Notes under the pieces: generated by a model
Databases searched by the model: none
What the model saw: only the letters and a program-made list of their open reading frames with translations
Told to the model about the DNA's origin: nothing
Assembly (NCBI GenBank): GCA_964234715.1
Contig: OZ174277.1
Strand: one strand, 5' to 3'
From: Podarcis melisellensis
Lineage: Eukaryota
DNA length: 64,000 nt
Shown: positions 51,705 through 64,000 of the stretch, in pieces
Layout: every line of letters begins with the position of its first letter
How positions within the stretch are numbered: the stretch's first letter is position 1
Position numbers and translations under genes: made by a program

Positions 51705-52744
51705 CTCTTAGGTGTATGTAAGTGTAAAATAAACCATTTATATTTAAACTCTACAGTCTATGATGTGCCTGAATTTACAACGGAAACATGACCCTGGAAC
51801 CCCCTGGAATCTTGCCATCACTCAGCAGAGACTGGGGTGATGTGCAACCGTTGTAACACAACTTTTACTTTGCTGCTTGGCATTTCTTAGGTGAGGAGAG
51901 TAGTGTGCCCTGGGCTCCTTGTCCTGCTGCTGAGCTTGTACATCTGCCAGACTAGCGTGCTACAATAATGCTTTATCACTAGGGCTGAAATGCTTTGTCA
52001 CAGGGCAGTCTCCATCACTAGATTGCCCTAAATATATAGCTTTGGCTACTTTCCCTCACCTCTTCCTGCAACCAAGCAGATCAAGAGGTCATTGTTTGAT
52101 GAATATAAGGATGTGTGGCTCAAATTGCTGGGCTGCACCAAATTCCAGGGAACAGAAATTTGAAATATGGAGTGTAGGTCCATTTAGCCCTCTAGGGATG
52201 TGTGTGTGTTTTTTGTTGTTGTTTTTTTTAGGCTAGGAGGCAATGGATGGAATTAAGATAAGGGTGTGCCCTTGAAGCCCTTCAGAAAATGTAAGACTCA
52301 AACTCCTTGTATAAGTTTTAAAACTGAAGAAGGTGTGGCTGGTTTTGAAATTCAACCAAATACTGAGCTTAACATTCACTGAGTCTCTAACACTTGAAAT
52401 TTATATGAAGCACACCTTAAATAAAGTCTATACCGAACATGAACTTATGTTTAAAGTGTAAGTTACCCTCTAGTTTTCACTTGCTTTCATTTTCAAAACC
52501 GAGTGAGTTTTTAGCTAGTTTTAACTTGAAATGAAAGCTGAAACTTGAATCTCAAACTTTGTTTTAGGTCTTAAAGGGCAACATATAAACTGAGACATAT
52601 ACTGGGTTTGATCTGAAAGCTAAGCTTGCACTTTTATTCTAAGCTGACTTTTTCCTAAGTGCCATAGACATACCTTGGGACTAACACCCATGGAGCAAGA
52701 ATCTTTAATCAGTTGACAGTCCTTAAACTTATCACACAACACAG

Positions 52745-52921
52745 GAATAGGAAGCTGCCTTATCTGAGTCAGATGCATTGGTCCACATACAATAATCAGC
52801 AGCAGCTCTCCAGAGTTTCAGAAAGAGAATCTCTTCCAGCCCTCCCTGGAGATGCAGGGGGGAAAACATAGGACCTTTTGCATACAAGGCAGATGCTCTG
52901 CCACTGAGCTACAACCCTTCC
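52745..52921 (-). mobile_element. Squam3-like SINE
   Basis: ataggaagctgcctta...gagtcaga tail; head GAAGGGTTGTAGCTCAGTGGCAGAGCATCTGC on the minus strand. Confidence 0.75.
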
Positions 52922-52959
52922 AACACTATCAAAAAATGATGATGATGATGATTATGATA

Positions 52960-53345
52960 GTAATTTATTACTTGTACCTTACCCATCTGACTGGGTTGCC
53001 CCAGCCATTCTGGGCTGCTTCCAACAGAATATTAAAAAAAGACAATGAAACGTCCAGTAACTTCCATCAGATAACAAAACTTTCCAATACGGGTATTGCC
53101 TTCAGATGTCTGAGGAAAATTGTATAATTGTTTTATCTCTTTAGCATCTGATAGGAGGGCATTCCACAGGGTGGGCGCTCTCTGCCTGGTTCCTTGTAAC
53201 TTCACTTCTCACAATGAAGGAACTGCCAGAAGAGAACCTTGGAGCCTGACATCACAAATATAAGCTGAGGGCCAAATATCTTTTATTTGCACAACACAGG
53301 TTTTGGGGATCAAAATCAGCACATGAATGAGGACAGCTGAATCCT
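52960..53345 (-). mobile_element. L2-like LINE 3' end relic
   Basis: atttatt...cccatctgactgggttgccccagcca.tctggg tail and gcattccacag (LWNA on the minus strand). Confidence 0.55.
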
Positions 53346-56300
53346 CCCCAAATACTTGCCAATCCCAGGCACTTTTCTCCTAGCCTAGTTGATATTGTGT
53401 CAGCCAAGTTGGGACAAATGTACCTCAAGAGAGACAGCACAGCCAGCTTATGTGAGGTACAGTTCTGCCCCTTTCACACACCCNNNNNNNNNNNNNNNNN
53501 NNNNNNNNNNNNNNNNNNNNNNNNNNNNNNNNNNNNNNNNNNNNNNNNNNNNNNNNNNNNNNNNNNNNNNNNNNNNNNNNNNNNNNNNNNNNNNNNNNNN
53601 NNNNNNNNNNNNNNNNNNNNNNNNNNNNNNNNNNNNNNNNCTCTGTCACATCCAATTTGGTATCAACAAAAATAAAAGACAAAGGCTTCAATTAAAACCA
53701 TGCTCTTAAAGCCCAGAACAGAACACATGTTACTGTTACATCTACAGCTGACTCATCAAGAACAACTGAAGGTTAAACAAGCATGAGCAATGTTCATTAC
53801 TTAAGTTATTTACAGAAAGAGAATCTACCTGCTCACATTTAAACAGTGTCAAAGTTGACTAGCAAAGTCAATAGGTCAAAGCCCAACTTCTTTAGTGAGA
53901 ATGAGCATGGTCTCTGCAAATGTTTACACGTGACCCAAAAGAACCAGATCAAAGTGCCCAGACATCTTATTTGCTTTCAAATGAAGTCTTCAGTGTCCCT
54001 TTATCCCCTCCATAGTCAGATTTGACAAGTATTGTAATAAATATTACATGCAGGGAGGAAAGTTAAAATCAAGTTAATGTTTACTGAAACAAAATAAAGA
54101 ACCATTTTTAATAGTATTACTTGAAAAGAGATCTAATCCAGCAAGGGAAATTCAATTTACATCTACAGCAATCAGATTTTGTTTTTTACTCTAGGGATTT
54201 GTTACAAACTGTCTCTCTTGAAATGTGCTTACTGTACAGTATTTAGCAGAAACAGTTTAGCTTTAATAAGCTGATAGTCTGCACGGGAGCATGGATCAAC
54301 TCGTTCTCATTAAGCATAAGCAGTTTCTAACAGCCTTCATGTTGCTGCTCAGCCTATGCCAGAGAAAGCAGAGATTGCTGCTGCTCTAAAAACCATAATT
54401 TATGAGTTTATTCAAACCCTTCAAATTGCTCTAAGTAAACGCCTCTTACGTTTGAAAATTCCCATGGCAACTTAGTTTGGCAGGCAAAGGGACCCAAATT
54501 CAATCCTTTTATCCTCCAGCTAAACCATTACAATGGTAATTTTGCTCTGACACTCTGAAGAGACAGCTAATTACTGTACTTCAGCCCTGAGACAGATTTT
54601 CTATTCAGATTAAAATGGCCCTGCATGGTTGGAAAGAGTAGCAACACCTTTCTGCACATTGGGGTGGGGGTGGGGAGATGCACTCTCACAGCATAGCTTC
54701 CTACTAGAAAGGTTATATTATTACTAAGTCAAGATATACCTTCAACTAAAAGATTAAAACCATGTTTTCTAAATAGAATACCACGAGTACAATGTGCTTT
54801 GGACCAGTCTAGTTGGAAAGATCAGCTTTCCCCATATATGCCCAACTGGAAGTTTTACAATGTCATGTAATGTTCATTTTCCACTTGCAAGGAATCAACC
54901 TACTGTCTGGAACTCCCTAACTGCTATTAATAGGCAGATCCCTTCACCATATGTAGCAATGTCTTTGTTTACACTAGCCTACACATATTTTAGTAACTGC
55001 TGCTTTTACTTATATTGTGATAAAATGTAGCTTAAAGTCAAATGTTAAAAACAAGTTACTTGTATCTCTAAATGAGCATTTTATATTCTATGCACATCTT
55101 AGATGTTAAGGATGATTAAATGGTCTATACATCCTGTTGAATAAATAATTAAGTTCAGCAACCAAGAATTGAGTTGTGTCACAAGACAATAAAAGTAGAT
55201 CAGCTGCAGAAAAGATTATGGATTCATAAGAGAAAGTCACATTTGTCATCACTATCGTTATGTTAAGTTTTATTAATATTTGAAAACTGAATAAGGGATC
55301 AGCAGTGAAAATTACAACAGTTAATAAAACCTGTCTATTGCACTTCTTAAGAGGACATTGTCTAATTCTACTTACAGAAGAAAATAGCTCATATTTTGGT
55401 GGAGAGAGAAACTGTAGAATGTAGAATGCTGGCCAATATTTGCAACTCTTCTAAAATAATTTAATCATTTGTTGTATTAGGTATTTTATAATCTGTATCT
55501 GTAACAGATTATATGTTTACTTGAAGCGGCTTTATTTGTTTTATTGAAATCAATAAAAATATTTTTAAAACACAAAATTCTATATCAATTATCATTTGAA
55601 AAAGAAAACAAAAATGTGGAGGCTGGAAATGCAATCTATAGTAATAGCAGAAAAAAATAGATCCACATATAAACAATGAGTATCCTTCTAATTTTAGTAG
55701 AGTGATTAGGAATAGGCATTTTATTCTTGAAAGTAAAGTTTGTCACATTCAAATCAATTAAGAAATTTGCAAACATTCTTTTCATCGATTAAAGGTTTAT
55801 GTGTACAATTTGTTGTTTTATAATTATATAAAGCTAATTATTTCATTCTGAAATTTCTCTTCAAGAAGGCAACCGAAGTTCAGAAGCCACTGAGGTTCAA
55901 ACTGTGTATAAGGGAGGTGGGTGAATCATCTCCAAAGCAGCGGGGGAGGGAAAGATCCAGGTACAATTGCTGGCACCCATACTTTTACTACTATGGCAAA
56001 TAGCCACTGCAGAAGAAAGGGGAGGGGACTTCCACCTTTAGTCCCAAACTGGATGCTACTTTCCAAAAAATCAGTGGCAAAGATGCATTCATATACTATC
56101 ATCATGCCTGGCTTGGCACAGAAGGAAAAGTACATTTGAATTTCAAGTTCAAGTAGGCACAGCGATTTATATGGATGAGCATTTTCATTAATTTATGGGA
56201 CATCTGGCCAGGCAGTATTTTCCAAGCATTAATCCACACACTGGGTGGTAACCAACTAAGTTTTACTCAGAGTAGAGCCATTAAAATGAATGGACCTAAC

Positions 56301-58730
56301 TTAACAATGTTCATTAACTTTAATGGGTCTACTTTGAGGAAACTTGGTTGAATACCACACATAATTCCTCCACCCCATATTGCAACAACACATTTGCAAT
56401 TGACTAAATTACCCATGCTACTCTAACTATACTTTTCAAAACTCTTATATTTAAAATATTTAAGATAGTACAAATAAAAAGTCTCCCAAGCAGACTGTCA
56501 GCCATAAGTTAATTATTCAGGTTCTCAGTTTAGGCTTTATGACAGGATTCTACCACCAACACCCCAGCACAAATTTATTGTCATAGCAGGTCAATGCTTA
56601 TGCAGTGAAACATTTGAAATACTTCCATGCATGTTTGAAATATTTCCATGGCTTCTTGTTATATGCCAACAGAGTTCTCTAATAGATTTAAACATACACC
56701 AAAGTTTATTGAGGAGCTCAGCAGAACTTGATGTTTCTTGCTTTACTATGTCATACTGCAAAAATATAAACACAGCACACCTAGCATCATTTGATTAACT
56801 ACAGCTTATTGCTAACTGCATCAATTAAGAGTTATCACATACATACCCCATATTAAAAACTGCTTTTTCAAGTCAGTTACCCCAAATGCTTGCACTAGAA
56901 AATCTTACTGGTAGACTCTGAATTTCAGAATCAAAATATGAAAGGTAAATTTTAGGTTATGCTGTCATGCAGTTTAGAACATTAGTTACAAAGCAACATT
57001 GTGATCTTCTTTAACAGAAATGCCTCAGAGGACATGAATGAAAAATTGAAGTATTTAGTCAAGTCAAGCATGTATCACTCTAAGTCAGACATGAGTACTG
57101 GGACAGGAGGTGTAACACTACAAGTGGCAGGGGCAGCAGGGAGTTGCAGTATTCCTGGACATGAGCAGGACAGGATGAAAACTTGGTCATAATTCTACAG
57201 CTCGCTATAACAAAGGCAATACCCAAGCCAACACTTTAAAAGGATATGCTACACATGTACTGGACAATAGCTCTACTATATTACACTTAAATCTTGCTGA
57301 CATGTGGCACATGTGCTCAACTACCATTACTTTAGAGAAAATAATAATTGAAGAAACAGATTTTAAAAGATGTAAATAAGCTAGCAAACAAACATTTCCT
57401 TGTTTTCACAACACCTAAGGAGTTATTCAGGATAATTGTACAGTACATTGTAAGAAGGGGATCAGGGACAAAGAACACTTCAATCTGTTTTAAATTAGTT
57501 TTGTCTTAATCTTCAATTATGGTTGCTATAAGAGATACATAGAATAGAAAGACAAGCAATGTAAAAAACATGATAGTTAATTTAATTATGAAAAGATCTT
57601 GGTGTATTTTCCATTTAAGTTTTTTAAAAACAGGCCTCTTCTATACATAATTTTATGGATCAAAGGAATTTATGGTATCTACAACAGATTATGGGATACT
57701 AAAGTTAGGGCAAGCTTTCGAATTAGGATTAAAGACGCATGCCTAGGTTTTAAGATGATTAAACTAGGCTGGTAGCAAATTAAGTTCTACAAATGGTTAG
57801 GGATAAGATTATGATGATCGTCCCCAGTCTTCTATACATCCGCTTTTGCTATGATTAAGATTGGTAATCTTATCTTATTGCTGTTTGGGGAAGAAAAGAT
57901 TTGGTAGCTTATATATACATCATGACAATTCTATGCTTTAAAGGTATTAACCCTCGGACATAAATTTGAATGCTGAACTCCGATGTGATCTCTGTCAAAC
58001 ATTGCAGAGCTGCCCACTCAATCTGTGGAACTGCTATTTCTCTAAGGGCCACATAATATTCATTCTGCACATGTAAGGAATCAATCTTTCAGTGCGGCAG
58101 CACCTGTACTCCCCGCCTATTCATATTACGTAGGAACATCTATTGTATTGTTTTTGGCACCTGATAAAAAAATAGTTTACCCAGATGTGTGAATTTGACT
58201 TGGCTTTCAACATCTAATTTTATGAGTATTTGTAAGTTAATCCGCTTAGAGGCTTTGATGATTAAGTGCTATACAAATCCTGCTAAATAAAATAAATAAA
58301 TCTTAGCCCTCCCATCCCTCATTTTACTAGGTTTATTCTCTGAGTAAACCTGAATGCTTTCACACACTTTTGTGCCTTCTACCTATCTGATATATTCAAT
58401 GAGCTCAATTCTCCAAGAAGTACTGATGTCTAGATATCAAACATAGGTCTTTACTGTACATTGCATGTACGCACACTTATCTGCCTGCTTATTTCTTAAA
58501 AAAATAAAAGCAATTAACTGAGTATTCAAAGAACATGCAACTATATATCTTTGGGCAAAATATTTCTTCTATAACCAGGCCTTTGAACTATCTGTGGCCT
58601 TTTAGAAGTGGGTGGAGTGTTTTTCATGTATTTCTCCCCTTAATTTTAATGTATATTTGGGCATGGGGTATTTGGCTTTTGGTTTAAATCGCTTTGGGTT
58701 GCCATGGGCAAGATAAAGCAACTAACAAAT

Positions 58731-58732
<2 letters not shown>

Positions 58733-58777
<45 letters not shown>
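58733..58777. repeat. (AAT)15 microsatellite
   Basis: Read directly. Confidence 0.97.
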
Positions 58778-58778
<1 letters not shown>

Positions 58779-59338
58779 GTTTGCATATTCAACAAGGACT
58801 GGATTTCTCAAACAGCCATTCCTGCAGTGTTCTGAAAACCATTTTTGAAAAAGCTAGTTGTGATTCAACAACAGATCCCAGTGTTCCAAGAAAAAAAAGT
58901 CCAGAACACTCTCAAATCACTGTCATGTGTGAACCAAATGGTAAGCAGAAAGATTTAGAACAGACAAGTCGTAAGAAGGCAAAACATTAAGCATTCCTTT
59001 CCTCTCATTCTAACCTCCAAACTACCCCTACCTTAAGCAGCTTTTCCTAGAAGGGGCAGAGTATCAGGATTGAGTTTGGTATATTTTCATGCCACATGTA
59101 ATTAGGTCTGTAAGAGCTGCTTCACCCAACACAGGACTGCTTTATTATTTGAACAGGTCGCTACATCAAATTACACTTTACTTTTGAAATGCTGCCTACC
59201 TCCCACATGTGACGCATACAACTGCAGGTGTCAGTACTCTGTCCCATCGGACTGTGGAAAGATTTTCATCCGTGGTATGTGGACTAAAAGCCCCTTGGCC
59301 TTCTTCTTACTCCAGACTAGCGAGTTCAGATCCCTTTA

Positions 59339-59586
59339 CAGTGGTACCTCTGGTTACGCACTTAATTTGTTCTGGAGGTCCCTTCTTAACCTGGAACTGT
59401 TCTTAACCTGAAGCACCACTTTAGCTAATGAGGCCTCTCACTGCTGCTGCTGCTGCGCCGCTGCCGTACAATTTCTGTTCTCATCCTGAAGCAAAGTTCT
59501 TAACCCGAAGTAATATTTCTGGGTTAGCGGAGTCTGTAACCTGAAGCATATGTAACCTGAAGCGTATGTAACCCAAGGTACCACTG
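59339..59586. mobile_element. Tc1/mariner-type MITE
   Basis: TIR CAGTGGTACCT, TA duplication, 16-bp subterminal repeats gtaacctgaagc.tat. Confidence 0.9.
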
Positions 59587-61150
59587 TATCCACATTTCCC
59601 CAAACTCACAGGACTCAGTGTTTCGATAAGGAAAACTCATCTTTGAATAATAGTTACCCATGACTATGAAAGTCTGGAATACCTATTAGATGTTCTCTAG
59701 TTTAGCTTATTCAAAATTTTGCTTATAATTTGCAATATTGTTCTTTCCTGATTCTAAATGAAGTTTCTTAATTTAACCGAGTGATGTTGACTGAGTAATT
59801 TGACAATCTAACCCAGCCCCCACATATCAGAATGCACAATGCATGCTTAGATAAAGGGTGGGTGTGGAGAAGATGGGCTTAGTATGTATTTTGGAGGTAA
59901 CGGAATATCAGCCAAGTGCTCCTTCCCCCGATTGTAACTTAAGATTCCCAATAGAACCTCCTGCATACAAGTCTATAATGAAATTTAGGAGGTGGAAGCT
60001 AGCATTGACAGATTGATCTATACACCAGTGGTCATCCGGATCTGTAGCAAATTGTCACAATCTCCATTAAATGGATAAATCTGTAAGTTATTTTCCACTG
60101 CCCTTTGCTTCAACTAGTACTTTTTACCATCCTTCATCCATTGCTCTATCTTTTAATAAGCAAATATCTACCACAAATATAGCTGAAGCTCAAAAGATTT
60201 TACATAATACTCCAGAGTACAGTTCATTGGTTAAAATAACCCAATGCTATGCAGTCAGTACCAACAGATTGCTGCCACCCACTTATTGCAGAAGTGGTTT
60301 CCTAAAATCTATTTTGGGAGCAAACCCTCAATAATGTTCTATGCTGCAATGGTACCACCCTACAGTTTAGCCCAGAGCTAACTAATTTTTGTTCATTTCC
60401 ACATCAGCCATTGGTGTGGTTTGTTAGCCATCTCATTCTCTTTTTAAATCTTAAAATTTGTTGGTACAAACTATGTGTCTGACATGACAACATTCTATTC
60501 CAAACTGCATACTTTATAATAGTCCTAAAGTGCATGGATTTTAAAAATAGAAGTATGATTAATGTACTTCTCATTGTGAAAGAGGGCCTTATCCTAGAGA
60601 AAAGAGTCCTTACTATTTATATCAGTAAATGCCTGAACATGAAATGGCACGCAAATGTTCAGCACAACAGACAGATCAATCAAGCCAGACAGCCTGGCAT
60701 TGTTTGAAGATGACATTGTCATAATTAGAACCTTTTAAATTCACAAATATATTCCATTTAGGATTCCATCTACTAGTCCTTGGCATTTTTAAATTTTATT
60801 AACTTAACCACTATTATCTTCAAATATTAGCTTCTCCCATTTACAATGTAAGTGCTCAGAATAAATCCACAAAAATATCATTTTTTTTACCATTTTAGTG
60901 GAATATATAGTATCATAAGTCAGTTTTATCATGTTGCAACTGCACAAGTTAAGATGACTTGGAAAATAAAGCAACTACAACTGTACACAGCCAACCCTTT
61001 ATAAAATCATGAAGAGGCAGAATGACCACTAAATTTCTCTCTATAAATCAGAAAAATCACAACCCAACTTACTTTTTCTGGGAGGGGCTTATCAACCTTT
61101 GGAAGACCTGGAACATGACACAAAAACTGGAGTTAGAAAGGGGAAGTCCC

Positions 61151-61406
61151 TTACCTGTTAGGAGAATTCTTCCTAAGTGACCCTGTCTAGCCAAGTAATA
61201 GGTGGGAGCACTGGAACCTTTTAACTACCAATGCACAGGAAGTATACCATCCAACACATGGAGATAAAGTCTTTAAAGCAGAGCTACTGCTCAGTCCCTC
61301 TGCTTCTCTATCTTTTAGTAAATAAAAAAATATTTCCCAAAAGAGGGAAGTGGTAGGGATACCTGACTAGACAATGGCACTTGGGAAGAACTCCGTTTAC
61401 AGGGAA
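61151..61406. mobile_element. Inverted-repeat element, possibly a DIRS-like terminal relic
   Basis: ~40-bp imperfect inverted repeat ttacctgt..gagaattcttcctaagtg..ctgtctag / ctagacaa..cacttgggaagaactcc..tacagggaa. Confidence 0.45.
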
Positions 61407-64000
61407 GCAACCTCCATTTCTCATTCAGATGGCATAGGGTCCGGATCACAGGCAAAAGAAAGATGAAAACAGTATGACCAGGTGTGTCAACCAAATCACT
61501 ACTAGTAGATAGGCAAGTCTTTTAGATTGTGCAGTTTGAAAGACGGAGGCCTACAGGTTTGCAATGGCTCTAGAGAACAGTGTTATCAAGAACTCAGGAG
61601 AAAATATGTCTCCCTGCATATGCTACTCAGGATACAAGTTATGACCCCTGTATAATTATCATAGGAAGCTAGTTATTCTGTGGCTTTATTTTAATAAACA
61701 ACAATTTTGCAAGGTAATTTGATGATCAGGACTAACTAATGAGCTACACAGGTAAGCAAATATCAAACCTGAGTTTCCCATATAGATATCCAAAGCTTTG
61801 GTCATTATGCCATTATTTAGTTCTATGGAAGGAGGTAAAATGCCAGAACAACTGTGGACACAGAATACTTTGTGGTAGTGTCTGCAAAAGTCTGGAGTTA
61901 TGGCAGCTTCATCATCACTGAAAACAGAAGGCATGTGAAACAGATGCACAAAACTCCTATGTTTTATGATTTACATTTGCAATATGATCCTACACTAGCT
62001 CCAAGTTCTTTATGCCACCTCCGCTCAAGTGCAGCAACATCAGAAAACAGATGAGCAGCATCATTTAAAATGCAAACACCACTGCTGACTTTAAGACTGC
62101 GTGGAATCAGAGCTGGATCAACCTCATTTAGTCCGATTCCTGCCATTGTAGAAAATTCACTATTACAAATGAATATGTTCTTAACATAGTTCAGAAAGTT
62201 GCTGTAACAGATTTATGACTTTGTAATTTGCAATTAGGTTCGGTCACTACTAGAGATGTCCTGTTAAAATAAGACCACTGTACTAGTAAATCTTATTTTC
62301 AACCTCATTCAGTAATCTGGTCAAAATGTCTAGCAGATTACAAAAGTAAATTTAGTTCAAAAAGAAGAAAGAAAATCAGAGAAGCTTTTTACTTCTGCTT
62401 TAAATTAACATATTACAACTGTCACAGAACACACTGGCGTGAAAGAGAACTACGGCTTGCTTGTTATAAGAAGGAACCATGTTCTTATGCTCCTTAAATA
62501 TTAAAGCAGTTTCCTTTAATTCTACCACTTCTTACAGATACTCAGCCTGGTTGGCACAACACTATTTTATTGCAGGCCCTCACTACTCACATAGTTCAAG
62601 TGAACTTCTGCAAATTAAGCTGATGCAACTTACAGAGCATGTTGCCAGGTTCTGTGAATCTCATTTGACCAGAAGCCAAATAAGAGATTGTAGAACCACC
62701 TGATAGTAAAAAAAATTCCTAAATGTAAGATGGATCTATTATAACAGCCAATTCAATTATTAAAAGGAATGCAGAAGTAAAACATAATTTACAGTTCTCC
62801 GATCTCTGTTCCCATCATTAACTGAGAAGCAAGTTCTTTGATTTCACCTGCATTTATGAGCCACAACTATATCTGACATTATACTATAAAGTTTTGACTG
62901 CCTGAAATGGCAAAAGTAAAACCAAGCAGAGCAGCCAAGTACTACATTAAAAAAACAGCAAAATACTGGCATCAAATCAGGTCTGAGGTCTTGTGGTGGC
63001 TGAGAGGTGTATCAACTAGAGGCCAGTAATAAGGGGCCTAACAAACCAGCACTCTGACTGTAATGCATACTTCAGTCCAAGTACAATAGTCCAAGGTTAA
63101 AAAAATATTTATGCTTCTGCTATAGGCAGAAAGGCGAGTACATTCCTGACAGAAGAAATGGCCTTATCTCCATCTTTTAGAATGCATTTGGGAACTCTGA
63201 TTCGCTGGCATTGATACTTAACTTTAAGAGAAGCAATCAGGATCTTCTAAATCTAAATTCAACATGTTAAGTATCCCTAGACCCCTACCATTTTTAAAGA
63301 TTTAAATATTCTCCTTGCAACAGTGGATATTTCAACTATTCCCTAGGGTGACTGGACTGAATTATTGTTAGTCAAACTCAACTGTTGGTGGATACAGATT
63401 TAGCTATGTTATAGTAACCAAAACTATGGCTAGAGCCATAGTTCTGTTTATTCAAACCATGCCACTTTAAATTATTTTCTGTTCTGAAACAACTCTTAGA
63501 AGTGTGGTGGGATTAGCAGCACATTACCTACACCTAAACCATTTGTGAGGCATTCATCACCTAAGCGGAACCCATGGTATTCCAGGTGAACCCATTCCTG
63601 GGGCCCCATCTACCACAAAAAGGATAGAATAAAATTTGACAATATAATCACAGGATGTCATGAGATCTTCCTTAGGAAAAAATGTAAAGCCTACAAAATT
63701 AACAAATTGCTGTCCATGTAAAAACTGTCCAAGAAACCAGATGTTTGATCTGCCTAAACTGCATTAACTATTGTGAATAGTTTATTATTCCTCTAATAGT
63801 AAACTACACGACTGGAGACAAAGCTAAGCTGTTGAGAAATAAGAAGGAAGTATCAGCATATTTGAGCAAAACCTAAGGTATGCAAAAAAACACACCACGC
63901 GACAACGTTAAAAACCCAAGAGGGAGTAACCCTTCCACCAGCAGTCCAGCTAGAACTGATGATGCTCAGTGACCTCCAAAAGCCATGCGATGTTGTGTGT

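Noticed and set aside
52880-52921. tRNA gene
   Set aside because: Degenerate tRNA-derived head of a Squam3-like SINE; no complete cloverleaf.
53484-53640. N-run as the location of QKI exon 4
   Set aside because: It barely fits 144 nt plus splice sites, and the upstream flank (ttggatgtgacagag) has no pyrimidine tract. Exon 4 probably lies beyond the window.
59530-59580. Short spaced direct repeats as a CRISPR-like array
   Set aside because: Subterminal 16-bp repeats of a MITE in vertebrate DNA; no unique spacers and no cas genes.

Overview
Vertebrate genomic DNA from a squamate, probably a lacertid lizard (Sauria SINEs, Squam3-like and POM-like SINEs, L1/L2/CR1/RTE/Penelope relics). The window holds the 3' half of the STAR/KH RNA-binding gene QKI (Quaking) on the minus strand. 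Visible parts are exon 5 (43321-43408), exon 6 (35195-35491), the QKI-7-type and QKI-6 terminal exons, and a long, repeat-poor 3'UTR block (~20.3-34.2 kb) with several poly(A) signals. The two QKI-5-specific exons are not visible and are inferred to lie inside N-runs at 31879-32026 and 27119-27397. Positions 1-20 kb are repeat-rich downstream intergenic DNA. Positions 43.4-64 kb are intron 4; exon 4 was not found. Most notable observations: (i) a candidate extra in-frame terminal exon (33422-33552) with a strong acceptor; (ii) a rewritten, stop-extended QKI-7 tail; (iii) most QKI acceptors have the QKI binding motif ACUAAY at the likely branch point, and a bipartite QKI element straddles a poly(A) cleavage zone, suggesting an autoregulatory code; (iv) N-runs fall where the most conserved sequence is expected. 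All comparisons with human QKI are from memory of the protein and gene structure, not from a search.
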